Part shown: positions 1 to 14,000 of the stretch, piece by piece
Layout of the letters: each line of letters begins with the position of its first letter
Position numbering within the stretch: the first letter of the stretch is position 1
From: Bugula neritina
Lineage: Eukaryota > Animalia > Bryozoa
DNA: 64,000 nucleotides
Assembly: GCA_964035545.1 (NCBI GenBank)
Contig: OZ037768.1
Span: 6,914,741-6,978,740, forward strand
Reading direction: 5' to 3'
The notes under the pieces: generated by a model
The model's input: only the letters and a program-made list of their open reading frames with translations
What the model was told of the DNA's origin: nothing
The model's database searches: none
Made by a program: the position numbers and the translations under genes

Positions 1-879
1 TCAAACTTTTATTTCATAGCTAAGGTCAAGGTCTATACTCTATTATTTAACAATTAGTGCTGTAGCACTTGGTTTTTTACTGTTTTTATTTAGTGTTTGC
101 CGTACCTTCAAATGTAAAGTTTTAGTTTTAAAGAATCCCTGACACACTTTACTTATATAGCATGAAAATATTCATCTATATCTTAGCTATCAATTAAGCA
201 TCCCTTTAAGAGTGGATGGCTATACTATTTCATTTTATAACAACTTTACTGCATGCATGTCCAAAAAACTTTCGGATTTCTAAGCTCTCAGTGCACACGT
301 ATTACGCCGGTTTCCGGTCTGCTTCGAGTCCTAGTTACTATATAACTAATAGTAATAATTGCATACTTTCGCAGCGTGTTATTTTTAGCCACTGCAACAC
401 ACAGATAAATCACTATACTGACATAAATTTTAAAACACAGAGTACAACTAATGCTCAATGAAAAAAACAAATGATACCATTTTATTATTGATATTAGAAG
501 CTAAAGTTACTTCCGTTAGAAATTTTGAGCATCGGAAAAATGAAATAGCCTCACCCTCACGATGTAATTAGAACGGGTGGCTAAGTACGGTGATAACACG
601 ATATTGTTAAAAGAAATTAGCTAAATCCAACGAGTGGCAAACTTTTCTATAAAACATTACAAATAATTGCATATTCAATCATGTAACTTATTACGCTTCC
701 AAATAGATTATCATTACCGTAACCGGATATTACCAATATAACCTGTGCCTAGTAGTACTACTACTAGTAGTAGTCGCTCGCTATCTATATAAATTCGATT
801 TCATATTCATATTGCCATTGGACTCTAGTGAACAAACTTATTACCTGTATTACTAGTTACACTTGCACTTACTGTCGAC

Positions 880-2105
880 ATGACTACACGAATGGCTTCA
901 AGTTCTAAAGGCAAATGCAAAAGAAGAGTGTGTGAAGCTGCAATGCGTTCGTACAAGGAAAAACACATGTTTAAATGGCCTGCTGATACTGTGTGTGGTG
1001 AAAAATGGACCAAGTTTGTCAATACGAAAAGAAAAAACTTTCTGCCTGATAACAACTCTCGTTTGTGTTTTCAGCATTTTGGTGATGAACAATTTACAAA
1101 TATGGGCATGTATAAAGCAAAACTCATTAACATGTAAGTGAATAACTCACTCAAACTCATAGTGATACTGACTTAGTGATTGTGATAGAATTAGACGATA
1201 ATGATAGTTTTTTTAATGTTGATTTTCAACAATAAGTATAACTATAACTATTAAGTATTACTACAAGTTGGTATAAGTCAATAGGATTGTCATGACCGTG
1301 TTGATTCAATTTCATGTGACTATGACATAAACTTGCAAGTACAAGTTTGCATTTATGATTTACACGATAACCATTATTGTAAGGAAATTCATTTATAGTG
1401 GCGATAATATGAAAGACTTATGATTATCAGAATGTGTCATAGTCACTTGGATACATACCATTGATATTATGATTCATACGCACTGATACTCATGCTATGA
1501 GTATGATACTGGTAATGGTGCCCATCATCAATACCAGTAAAAATTAATGGTAAATATTGTTCACTTAGCTTATTGAAAGAGTAAAAATTCATTGTCTTTG
1601 ATTTACTCTTTAGATTGCATTTAGAGAAAACAGCAGTCCCAACTATTCATTTAGTGGAAACTGAGGGTGCAACTGGATGCACTCCATTAACTCCTCGGAA
1701 ACAAAGTCAGCAGGCGGCCACTATCACACCTAAAGAAGCTCGCTGGTTAAAAAGATCAGACCCTGGTTTTCTGTAAGGATTATAATATTGAAAATGCGAT
1801 CTTGAGCAATAAAATTGAAATATGATATAGACAGCAATTGAGATTTTCTGCAGCTGTTTCAATAACACTTTTCCATTTACCTTCATATATAATAATATTT
1901 TAGAGCTTTGCCAAGTCAAACTAAAAAACCAGCTCTCAATCTTAAGCCAGAAAAGAAGGGCCTACAGAAAGGAATAGGACACAATAAATATGTGCAAACA
2001 CCTAAAAGGATGCAGAAAAAGATTAGAAGCAAAGCTGTTCAATGCTGGTATATAGAAATATGGCGAAATAGTATTGTTCATTTAGCTCAAAAACTGAATT
2101 CATAG
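880..2105 (+). CDS. THAP-domain protein (N-terminus of a Kolobok transposase-like gene, apparently truncated)
   Basis: Exons 880-1133, 1614-1772 and 1904-~2105 join in frame. THAP motifs FKWP, W, RLCFQHF and spliced AVPTI are present. The second Cys of the C2CH finger appears to be Arg (CEAAMR). No DDE domain follows. Confidence 0.7.
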
Positions 2106-2774
2106 CTTTTCTCCATATTTATTTTTATTTAAAATGCATGTTCTAATGCAACAAAAAAACAAATATTTTTGTGTAATGGAAATAATATTTTTAATTTTCC
2201 ACCTCAAGGTGTGTCAAAAATAAATTTGGACAATATATCTACTTGTAGTCTCAGTTTCCATTGAAATGTAAATATTCGTTTTCACTGTAGAGCAGCTGTA
2301 TGTTTGGTTTTGTTGGTACTTTATTAGAGCCATAAATAGCAATGTGAAAACAATAAATAGCAATAAATAAAACAATATATTGGTAAAAATATGTAAAAAG
2401 TTATACTATGTCACAAAGTTTCATAAAAACAATATTGTTATATTATATTACATTGCATAAGATATTCTAGTGTACTAGGAATATTGCAATACCTGATTGC
2501 TCTACATAACTAAGTAGAGTGAAGTAAATTCTATTTGTTGAATCAAAATTCAAGCATTGTAGAATATGATCTTAGAGTCACTTGAAAAGTTCAGCGCAAA
2601 AATAGTCACCATATTGAAGTATATTCACCATTATTGCAACTCAAACTCAACGGTAAATTAATTTCAAAGGTCAGGGAGATTGCAAATAATGAGGTTTATT
2701 CTCATAGTAAGCTGTACACACTACAAGAGGCAGTAGCAACTGACTGCTACTAAAAATCACCAGAGTGTTAAAGT

Positions 2775-4473
2775 TCATAAATCTTCATTGTACACGAATT
2801 TGCTGAACATCCATTCAGCAAATTCTTCCTCATCAGTTGGGGGGAATGTAGCTTGCACCCAATCATATAAGCAAGCTGGTAAAGGGCGTCTCACCTTTTT
2901 TAATATCTGGAAACAGCCAGAACACCAAAAACCGGTAGCTGCAGAACCTTTTTTTAGTGTTGAGAGAATGGGCCTTCTCATCAAACAAATCATCTACCAA
3001 AATAAATGATTGGCTAAATAATCAAGTAAGACTATCTAGAAAAACTAACAATGACAGTTACTGATATACAGTAGCAATTGACTAACCATGATATCTCAGG
3101 TAGCTGCTGTATGCAACTTCTAATACAGCTGGTTGCGTCAATTGCTGTACTCCCGGGTGCTGTGTTATACATTCCATGCTGCTATCTAATCGAAGGTTTG
3201 CAGCATGATCACGGCAACAAACAGACTGTTCCACTGTAGGCTGATTTTGGCAGCGGTGGCAAGTGCACCACTCCGTGGCTGGCCTTATATTTTTCTACAA
3301 AACAAACAAGCTTTTCTAAAAACGTTATTACCAGTATCATCCACATTAAGTCCATTAATTACTGTGTCTAAATTTGTTTCCTGTACTTTTCTTTGTATTG
3401 AAAATTGAGTCCAATGAGGCTGAAGTTTGAAAATACTTTAAAATCATGGGTTTTAAAATATTCCAAGTTTGCATTACTGTTCAAACTATTTTTATATTTA
3501 TAGTTAAAAATTAATTAGATTTTTTATATTAAAACAAACTCATAATTTTTGCTATGAAATAAACTAATTTTCAGGAATTTTAAAATATTTTATTGTTGTT
3601 AGTACTCTATGTTATACTATAAAAGCAGAAATTCAGAGAAATAGGGGGCTTAGAAATAAAATACTAAATACTATCATCGTGAATGCAAGTTTGACATGAT
3701 TATGTATGTGATTAACTTATTTTGTTAAGGGTCGGTATAACCACAATTACAATAAAAGTGAATAATAATTATCATTATTATGCATTTATAAAAATACAGT
3801 CTTTCCCTTGACTTAAATTATCAGGTAAATCTAACTACAAATAATTAATACTAATACCTGTATTGGTAGTAGTAATAACAAAATTAGTGTTGATCAAATA
3901 TTTAATTACTTGACTGGAATTTGTGATCATTAAATTTAATGATTATCACTTTATTATTAATAATATTATATAAACTGATAGCAATCATCAAATATTTAGC
4001 TTGTAATTTGATATCATGCTTGCTCTAAAGCTTTAGTAGCACAAAACCCAGCTATATTATTATTAACTAATTAAGCCAGGATCAATACGAGCATTGGCAT
4101 TGAGCATATGGCATTACGATTACAAAATGAAAATTAAATATTATAATTATAATAATTTATAACTTATACTAGCTTATACTTATAACTTAAAGTTAAAGTA
4201 TTACTATTACTATTAGTATTAGTATTAGTATTAGTATTACGGTATTAGTACTACTATTAGTATTAGTAACACTATAGTTTATAAAATTAAATCGTACTGA
4301 TACTGTAAAATTATAAATATTATCACCTGTTGCTCATCAGTAACATTAAAATCCTTGTCATGACTATCATCTCCATTTTCATCTTGATACGTAAACGGCT
4401 CAAACTGAAACTGATAGCCCATTACTTCAGAAATCTGTGACAGCGTGAGTGTGATTGTCATAGTCATACTCAT
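2775..4473 (-). pseudogene. KolX / P2X7 cytoplasmic-ballast-like Cys-rich protein, frameshifted
   Basis: Exons ~4473-4327 (GYQFQFEP), 3294-3087 (EWCTCHRCQNQPTVEQSVCC...CITQHPG) and 2993-2775 (KRFCSYRFLVFWLFPDIKKGE / RRPLPACLYDWVQATFP). The frame changes near 2890. The start codon is uncertain. Confidence 0.75.
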
Positions 4474-5041
4474 TGCGATTCTCACTGTGCTCTAAGTATT
4501 CTTCGTCAGAGCCAGATATGTTCATATTGATATCGTATTTATGTTATTTCTGTATTAGATTTAACTTTATCACAATTACACTGCACAGACTCGGACACGG
4601 TAAGTTAAAGTTCGTAGCTTTGTCTTTATTGCCGCGAAATTTGTTTATGAAATAAAACCTAAATTCCACAAAAAAACACTAATTGGGGGGCTAGACAGAC
4701 TTCCGATAAATTAAAAATGCTAAAACTAAGGTTACATGCAACGGAAAATATAGCCTATATTTATTTTCCGAATGTCTTACAGGCGGCATTCCCATCTATT
4801 TCTCGCAACTGCGGTGTAATACGTCACAGAAAGGCGAAAAAAATTCTGGAAGTTTTTTGGACATGCATGCACTAAAATTGTTATAAAACAAAATTGTTTA
4901 GACCTGAAACCCTAAAAGAGTGTTAAAATAATAGCCAAGACATAGATGAATATTTTCATGCTATATAAGTAAAGTGTGTCAGGAATTCTTTAAGTTTTTC
5001 CTCACAAAGTCCACTATCATGTAGCTTCTTTATTTCTTAAG

Positions 5042-8000
5042 GTACTATGATCAGTTTGTGTCTGTGGAAGCAAAACTGCCATTCACTGAGAACCAAGTGC
5101 GAGTAAACTTCACGTGGTACGATGCTTTTGCCAAGGGAACCTTGTTGAGTGGGCGGCCTAAATTGACTATTGCCTCTGGTTCATTTGAAAAGACATGCAT
5201 GCTCTTTAACATTGCTGCTCTGCAGTCACAAGTAGCCTCTGTTCAAAGTAAAGAAACTGATGAGGGACTCAAACTATCAGCTAAGTTGTTTCAGGTAAAT
5301 GTTGCGTTTGAAGGCAACTTTTCAAGGGTGTTGGATTTGTTTTTCAGCTGCTCTTTATTTGTATCTCTAAGAATACTCTTGTATGCTTTTGATGCACATT
5401 GTTTGAATCTACACATGATGATAACAAGGGTCACATTTAACTATTCTCATCATTTTACTTGTATGATTTTGTAGCAATCATCTGGAATCTTCAAATACCT
5501 AAAAGAGCAGGTGATGTCACTACTGGGTAGAGATCCTACGCCAGACATGCACCCTGACACACTAGCCGGTTTGTCTGCACTGATGGTAGCTCAAGCTCAG
5601 GAGAGCATCTACTTGAAGTGTGCTCGAGGTGAAGCATCCGACTTCTTCAAATGTCAACTAATTGTTTGGGCAATCATTTTTACGGCATACACTAAGCATT
5701 TTATTTATTTACTGATGTCGACTTCAAAGTAGATAAATAGTTGTAAAGAGTAAATTTACTAATTGCTAAAAAGTCACACCATCTCCGATAAAATGAAGCT
5801 GTGTATGCAGATCACTTACAAATTACGTAGTAGCTATTATGGTGTTTGATCATTGCGTAGTCCATATTAGGCTCTCAACAGCCAGCATAAAGTTGGTAAA
5901 ACATGGTTTTATTAGTAAACTTCATTCAACTTTATTAGTAACTTCATTTATTCAATTCATTCATTCAAGTGTCTTTTGAAGTTGTTTATTTAATAGATGG
6001 AGATACTCAGTTACATACATTAGTATGGGTAAACTATTTGGCAAAATATGAGGCTAATTAGCAGGGGAATTCCCTACGGGGCTAAGCATAGGTGACAATT
6101 CCTCATATTTCATTGCAGATAAAATGAAGGATGCTACAGTAGCCAAAATAGCCATGCAGTGTTCCTGTTATTTTTCTGAAGCAATAAAGTTGTTGCAGCT
6201 TTACTCAGTGAAAGATATATTTCCCAAAGTAAGTTCAACCTTCATTTCTTAATTGTGAAATAGTCTACCAAGTTCCCTCTTCTTATGGGTGGCTTATGTA
6301 TTTGTATCATCAGCTAGTATCTGTATTATCAATCAGATGGTTATAAATAACCAATTGAATTTATCAAAAATGAAATTTTGACAATTATAACCACAACCAG
6401 AAGTCCTACATCAATAAGTAATGCTATCTTTAAAATATATATTTGTGTGTATACTGTATAACTGCTATGGGGACTACAGTTGTGTTTATTCCTCAAATTA
6501 ATCCCATCCAATCATTCAGGAGTGGCTAATTTGGGTGGCCGGGAAGCAAGCTGCGTACCATGCATTAGCTGAATACTACCAGTCCGGGGCTGCCTCATCA
6601 AAGATGGCGTACGGTGAGGAGATTGCTCGCCTTCAGCACGCTAAAGAGCTGACTCAGTCGGCCATGACTAGAGGCGGAAAGGAAGTGGATTTCAGTAAAC
6701 AGCTGAGCAAAATAGACTCGGTATGATGAGTTATAATTATTCAATGTTTGTTTTATACTGAGTAGATAGGGTTTAGTACTTTTAGTGGAACAGAAGCAGG
6801 AAATATGGATGATTTTTGTTATATCATTAAAAGCTAGTCTATAGTGTACATGCACTGTAGATTAACTGAAACATTCCTGATATAATAAACATCAACAAAA
6901 TGCATCACACATATTACTATCCCATATGATGAAGTATTCTAGCTAATTTACTTAAAGGGTGAATCAATTGTTATCCATTGTAAAAATCTATGTCGTAGGC
7001 TTTGCAAAAAGTGAAGAAAGACAATGATATGATATATCACGACAAAATTCCTTCACATAAAGACCTTCCTCTGATTGATAAAGCTGTTGTGGCCAAACCC
7101 TTACCTGTACCTGAGAAGATTTCATCTAGTTCGACGGGTAATTATGTAATATTTCCTCAGTGATAGAAAACTGAATAGTAATGACACAGTCAGATGGCTT
7201 TACTCTGAACTTTTTGGTGTATGAATCTGTTAGATTGACTCTATTTTTGTGTTTATTTTAGTTTTCAATTTTGGATATTCAAGTATACTTGTTGTTATTA
7301 CATGTATTACATATAATAAACTAGTCCTTATATGATACATCATTGATGTTCTACATAGGTCTAGCACTATAACAGTGTTGCATATTATTTCACACATGAA
7401 AAAATGTCAACATTTATGAAGAGCAGACAAATCAGATAAAATAAATAATTGCAAAAATTGCGTACACATGTATTTCATGATTTCAGAGTTATTCTCTAAA
7501 TTGGTGCCATTGGCTGTGCACAATGCAGTCTCAATGTACGAGTCTAAGAAAAACCAATTGGTCAACACAGAAGTGGGGAGGCTGAGAGAAGCTACTCAAA
7601 CTCTTAACGGGTTAGTAGATCTCAGTCTATAAACCTAAACATTCTGTAATACTGGGAATGCACTGCTCTGTTATTTAAATCTCACATTTCATTAGAGTAA
7701 ACCATTTGTCAAAATGCTGAAAGATGCAATAATAGGCTGCTCTAAGTTGCTGCTAAACTTTGTTCTATTATCTACTTGGTTTGATGTTGATAGAATACTG
7801 GCCTCACTAAACCTGCCTGCCGCTATTGAGGATATGGGTGGAAGCGACGTGCCAGCTTCTGTTAAAGACAAAGCGCAGAAGATACAAGAGCAGGGAGGTC
7901 TGACCACCCTCGACAGCTTGATATCCGAACTGCCTGAACTCCTGAGCAGAAACAAGGAGATACTTGATGAGGTAATCATATTCTATCAAGTTTATACTAT

Positions 8001-11000
8001 AAGATATAAGCATTATGTGAATATATTTTTCATTGGATGTTTGGAAACAGTTGCATTGAATGAAATCACAATCATAAGCTCATGCAAACCACAGCCAAAA
8101 TTTCATTTATTCACATAATGTGATGTAATGGTAATGTGCTAATGAAACAACTTATCAGTGACAATTTTCCTGTCTAAATCAACCTATATTACATACTTTA
8201 CAGTATCAGTTTAACATCATGCTTCTTTTTCAGTGTAGCAGCTCTAATAGCATCAGTTGTATAACTGATATCATCTGCTAAAATTATGTAATGATATATC
8301 ATCAGTTTGTTTGCATAACACTGATATAACTCGTTTTAGTCATTCCGAATGTTGGACGAGGAAGCGGCTTCAGACCTGCAGTTGAAGGAACAATTTGGAG
8401 ATAAATGGAGTCGAACTCCATCGGCAAAACTTACCGAGTCAATTAGAAAAGATGGCGAGAAATACAATAGTATTATAAGCAATGCTGTTCATGCTGATAC
8501 AGTTGTCAAGGAGAAATACAATACTAATAAGTGAGTTAGTAGAGTACACTTAAAAGCCATGCTGTCGTTGTTGTAATGTAGATGTGTGAAAACAAAGGAT
8601 GTGATTTGCTATTCCTGCGAGAAGTTTTTTATTGAAACCATTTTAACCATAGGAGTCATTAACATTGTTTTTATGGGAAAATCCATTCATTTTTTATTAT
8701 AAATTCAGACAATTTGAGTTTATTAGCATTTTGTTGGATTTTTAATAATTTTTTTTTCTTTCATAGACGGGGATTTGAATTGCTGAGTTCTCCAATTGCC
8801 AATCTCCAGCAAGCTCTGCCGTCTGGCTCCGCGTCTAATCTGCTGAAAGACAGCGAGTCAGCTAGACAGCTCCGCTCACTCATGCAGCAAGTAGAAGCTA
8901 TAAAGAACGAGAGAGAGGTGATGGAGAACGAGCTGAAGTCAGCCACCAGTGATATGAGTAAGAGTTAATCTGGTTTCCTGTAAAGACTTGTCAATGTTGT
9001 CTATGTGGAATTACTCTTACCGGTAGTGATCTTTTTTAGACCAAAAATTGACTAAGACTGCGACAAAACACATTCTCTTGTGTGTTAAAGACTTGATAGT
9101 TTGCCCAACATTTTTGCTGTTAAATGTGTTGGCATGTGCTAAGCTGGTGGGCTGAATGCCTCATGCCTGTAAGGGAGACTACTTTATGTCAAAAGGTTAT
9201 TCTGCTTTAACATAAAGTCATAGCTTCTGTAACTTTTGCAGCTTTAATAATCATTCAAACTGATTATTCTGTCAACCCGGAAACCTTATTCTAGTATTAA
9301 AAAAACAGTCAAAATGATGCATTATAATGGAAATTGGGTTGTATTAAATGTAAGTTACACAATTTATGTTAAAATATTTAATGGTTGGCTCTGGCTAATC
9401 ATATTATTCTGTCCAGTGCAAGATTTCTATTGTGGAAATGAAGCATTGTTTTAGCAGGGGAACTAGTGGCTGCTATATTTTTTGTTGAAGGTTGTGTGGC
9501 AAATGTTTGTTGCATTAGTTCACCATATTGGCCCACACATTATGTTGGATATTATCTAGCCTCTAGTTCTAGAAGTCACTATACTGTAGGGTCAGTGATG
9601 TCTTCGTAGTAGTAGTTAGAGTGATGTTTAGTCTCACCAAGTTCTAGTGGGGCTCCAACTGAGAACTAGTTACAACTTGTGGGTATTGCAAACTTTACAA
9701 TAGTCTACCTGTGCACTGTCAACATACATTACATTACTGAATGTTGAGCTAAATATGTTATGTAATACTCATGCTGTTGCTTGTAGTAAGTAGTAAGTGC
9801 TATAGTTCACTTAGTTTGCAATACATATATACATTCCACTGCTTCTTCTCAAATAGCTTGTTGCCACATGAACTCAATTTTTATTAATAACGTTGAGATA
9901 TACTGATATGTTACATGTCCTCTCTTGCAGCTGCCAAATTTGTCAGTGCATTGGCTGCCGACGGTGCTATTGATGAAGATTCACTGAGCAACTCTGAGCT
10001 GCAGAATATATATGCGCCATTGACTCAGCAAGTCAACGATAGTTTGGCCACTCAGGAGAGGGTCATGTCACAAGTGCAGGTCAGTCCAGTATGACCTTCA
10101 CGTGTCCTTCACACGCTCTGTCATGTGCTGTTCTTAACTTGCTTTTTCTTTTGTATTTATGAGTCTCTTTCAGTTAATTTGAAAAAACTCAGTAGTCAGA
10201 ATTTAGAGGTCAAATTGCTCAATTTTGAATTGACCGTAGTTTAGGGGTTAACAATTTAGAGGTCAAATTGCTCAATTTTGAATTGCCGTAGTTTAGGGGT
10301 TAGAGCGTGGTCTAGGGGTTAGAGCGTGGTCTAGGGGTTAGAGCGATGGCTTAGTAAAGCCAAGGGCCTGGGTTCAAACTCCGGTAAAGCCATTGGTGAT
10401 GTTAGGAAGAACATCCAGTCATAATTGCTCCTGTGCCACATATGAATAAGTCCTTAACCCGCTTTAAGAAAATCCCTTTCCATCAGAGGTTCTCACAGGG
10501 ATAGTGACTATAAACTTTCGGGAGTTTTTTTAGGAGTTTTATCATAAGATAACTATGTACAGTTGAGCGTTGGTTGAAGGTAATTTTAACATTGCTAAAA
10601 TTTACCCATAATTCACATGCTGATGATGAAATGCATTTAATCACCTATGAGTGACTTGTGCAATTATAAGCATATTTAAATTCATACTCTCTGGTATGTC
10701 AATGGTAATACTTGTTGAATTTTTTTGTGATTTTCAATCAAATTTCCATTTTACAAGTCATTAATTATACAAATTCTAGTTAATGTGTTCAGTCTTGCGT
10801 GTAGGAGGTAGGTGCCGTAATGGAGAAATTAAGAAAAGATTCAGATTAGAAATGTAGCAAAAGAAGTTATGTTCTCACAAGACTTTCAACCTGCGCTCCA
10901 AACAAAAATTTAATAAGGAAACTCAAGAACTTAGGCTATCTTAATTTCTCCACTACTGCTCCCAAGTGAGTGGTGTTTAGGTGATCTGACCTGTGTTTAG

Positions 11001-14000
11001 CCGTGTGTCTATATTTACTTTGTATTACCAGGCAGCCCACAAAGTCTTCAGTCAGGAAAAAATGTTGGACCAATCAGGAGCAAGGAGAGAGGAAATGCTA
11101 AGAGAACTGGCAACGGCATTCGATACTTTCACAGAGCTCAAGAGTAACCTGGAGGAGGGTACTAAGGTGAGTTGTATAACTGATTGATTGAGTTGATGGG
11201 TGTGGTATGTCCTTGATCTGAGGGATTGTCTCTTAAAGTAAACATGGAGAGAAAAATACTAGTAGGCAAGAAAACCTGCATTAATCAAATCATTTAACCA
11301 TTAGTTTACATTCATTTATTAAATATAAAGTATAATGATGTGTTATAAATTTGTTAACACTGCACACTCAAAATGACAATGCTGTCTCAGAGTCAAGCTT
11401 CTCTGTATTACAACCATATAGAAATGTGTAAACTTGTGATCAGAAAGTTTATACCTGTCTTAGTGGAGTGTTCCTTATTGTGTGGATATCTATATAACAT
11501 TCTTCCTGATTTTTAATTCAATTATAATAAAAAGTTTCTATGCTACTAGTTTTTTCATAGTGTCCTGGTAAAGTCGATACATGTGTATGTTATCTTTTAA
11601 AGTCAAGTCATACGCTCCAAGACTTTTATAAAAGTCTATAGCTTTAATATTCCAGTTCAATACACACCACTGCATGCATACACACTCCTGTCTCATTGCT
11701 TCTTCCATCAAATACTTCAATAATTTCTTACCATAGCCCTTTCCCCTGTAAGCCTCTTTCACGTACAAATCTTCTAAATATAAAAGTTGTCCCCCTTGAA
11801 AAGCTGAGTAGCAGTAATAATAAACAACGTAACCTACTGAGACACCATCCAAATCTGCCATTGCAGCGTGAAAGAACGGTGGGTTGGAGTTGAATCCATC
11901 TTCAATTAAAGTTTCCTCAGAAATGTTTACTACATCACTTGGCATTTCTTCAAAGGCAGCCAGTTCTTTTATCATTTGTAAAATTTCACTACAGTCATCT
12001 TTCGTAGCTTTCCTAATTGTAAATCCCTCCATCTTAGCCGTGCTAGAATAGTTGCAGCTTAAATAATTGAAATTGAGTTCTTCAACTTGTCCAACTGAGT
12101 GCGCTAGTTCGAATGACCCGTTCAGCACGAATATAGGATTGATATAGCAGAGTAATCAGCTGTATAGCGCTTAGAACATCCTACTAACTACTGAATGTGT
12201 GATCAATGAAGCGTGTCCTGGTCCCACAACTTAAAAGCGTGTTTGCGGCTAGTAGCTGGCTAGTCGTGATGTGGGCGGGGCTACTGTCTAATATTCTAAA
12301 AGGTTTCAAAACTATTATCCTAACTGGTTATGTTATCTCAACCACATGATCAAAGTACATATACTGTATATGTAATATATTATTTGTATAGTTTAAAATA
12401 TATACAATCTTCAGGTAGATTAACTTAATGTAGCCTTGATGGTGGTACTATATATTTATATAAGTAGAATAGATATTTATATTATTAGACTTGATATAAT
12501 GCAGATCCTAACTTTTCTACAGTATAGTTCAATTTGATAATGCAATGCATCTAAATAACCACTATCAAGTAATGCACGGGCTTTCCATGTACCGATCTCA
12601 GATCGATCTTGCTGAGATCGATCTGAGAAATGTACTCAGATCGATCGTTTTTCCATGAGAGTGTCAGATCGATCTCGCGAAGTTGCCTCCTCTTAAGTAA
12701 AAGATACTTGAAAAGTATGATTTGTTTACCTATTTGAGTGATTAAAGCTACTACAAAACAAAGATGGTCGTAGTCTAAAATTTAATCCCAGCTATAAAAT
12801 ATACGCAGCAAAGCTAACAGGGTATGGTAATTTGGCCAATTTAAAATAATTAATTTTAATTTTTTAGCTAGACAGCTTATATAAAATTAAGGCTGTCTTG
12901 CAGATTATTAATAAACTTACAGGATTGTTAGGCTTAAAATTACAAAGAAAATAGCTAATGAAACTAAGTTTTAATAGTCATTTAAATTCAATTTAAACTC
13001 TCTCATTTTTTTTGCCTTCTACTGCATATAATTGAATTTTTTTAATCATCGTGCTGAAAGTCAAAGTTTTGGCATCTGAAAAGGTGGCTATTATAATTAT
13101 TTAATACTTTGCTTAGTAATTATCAATAAGTTATCATTTTTATTAGCAGACAACATTGTAGCGAGCAGTCTTTTTCTACTTCTCAGATCGATCTGGCGTC
13201 TTTCCATGGTCTTATTGACATGAGATCGATCTGAGTTCGAGCTCCACAGACCGACCAGCTCAGAACGACTGAGATCGATCTTTGCCGTCTTTCCATGGAT
13301 CGATCTCGCCGAGATCGATCTGAGATCGGTACATGGAAAGCCGGTGATGATAAACTGTGGCCTTATTTGGAGACACGCCAATCATATATAACTAATACTA
13401 ACTAAGTTAGATTCCCTGATAAAACACCAATAGTGAAGTTATTATTTTATTCTTCATACAAATACTAGCAAAAAATTGCTTTTAGATAATTCTCAATTAG
13501 CTAGATCAGCATAGTACCAGATATTCTGTGTAAACCTTGTCAATTGGTTTATTAAGGTTTAGATTAATTTGTTGAAGTAGAAATGTTACAACCTAGTTAG
13601 TGATTTTCTGTGATCCCTGTAAACTGCAATTGAGCCCAAGCCGTGAATTGTCAACAGTTTGTCATCAGCACAAGAGCACAACTCCTAAATCAAAATGTTC
13701 TAGAAGCTTAGCAGCTCCAATTTTTGCAAATTATGCTAGCAACCAGCAATAGCCTGAAGCCTCAGTTTTTCTGGTTCTCAGCTGTTGCTTAAGATTTGTG
13801 TTTGGGGGCTATCTCAGGACTAAGATTGATGAATTGTTCTATAAGCCGCTCCGGGTTTGGGGTGACTGAGTGCAATAGATCGTGGTTCTCAATTTCGGAG
13901 CCTAGTCCCCCAACTCCAAATTTGAGAACCTCCAACTACGCCACCCATTCATCCCTAACTGGGCGCTGCTGATAGAGCAATTCAAGATTGATTATGATTG

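Larger units (their letters stand above)
132..4989. mobile_element. Kolobok-type DNA transposon, probably non-autonomous, in an ALIX intron
   Basis: TTAA at 128-131 and 4990-4993. Termini are AG...CT. Imperfect TIR of about 150 bp (agaatccctgacacactttacttatatagcatgaaaatattcatcta... matches the reverse complement of 4840-4989). Carries convergent THAP (+) and KolX-like (-) genes. Confidence 0.85.

Noticed and set aside
10240-10340. ttagggg tracts resembling telomeric repeats, or a tRNA gene
   Set aside because: They are part of a duplicated SINE A-box region. There is no tandem TTAGGG array and no complete cloverleaf.
12033-12128. N-terminal extension of the 196-aa GNAT ORF
   Set aside because: It starts at a non-ATG codon, and family similarity begins at the ATG at 12032.
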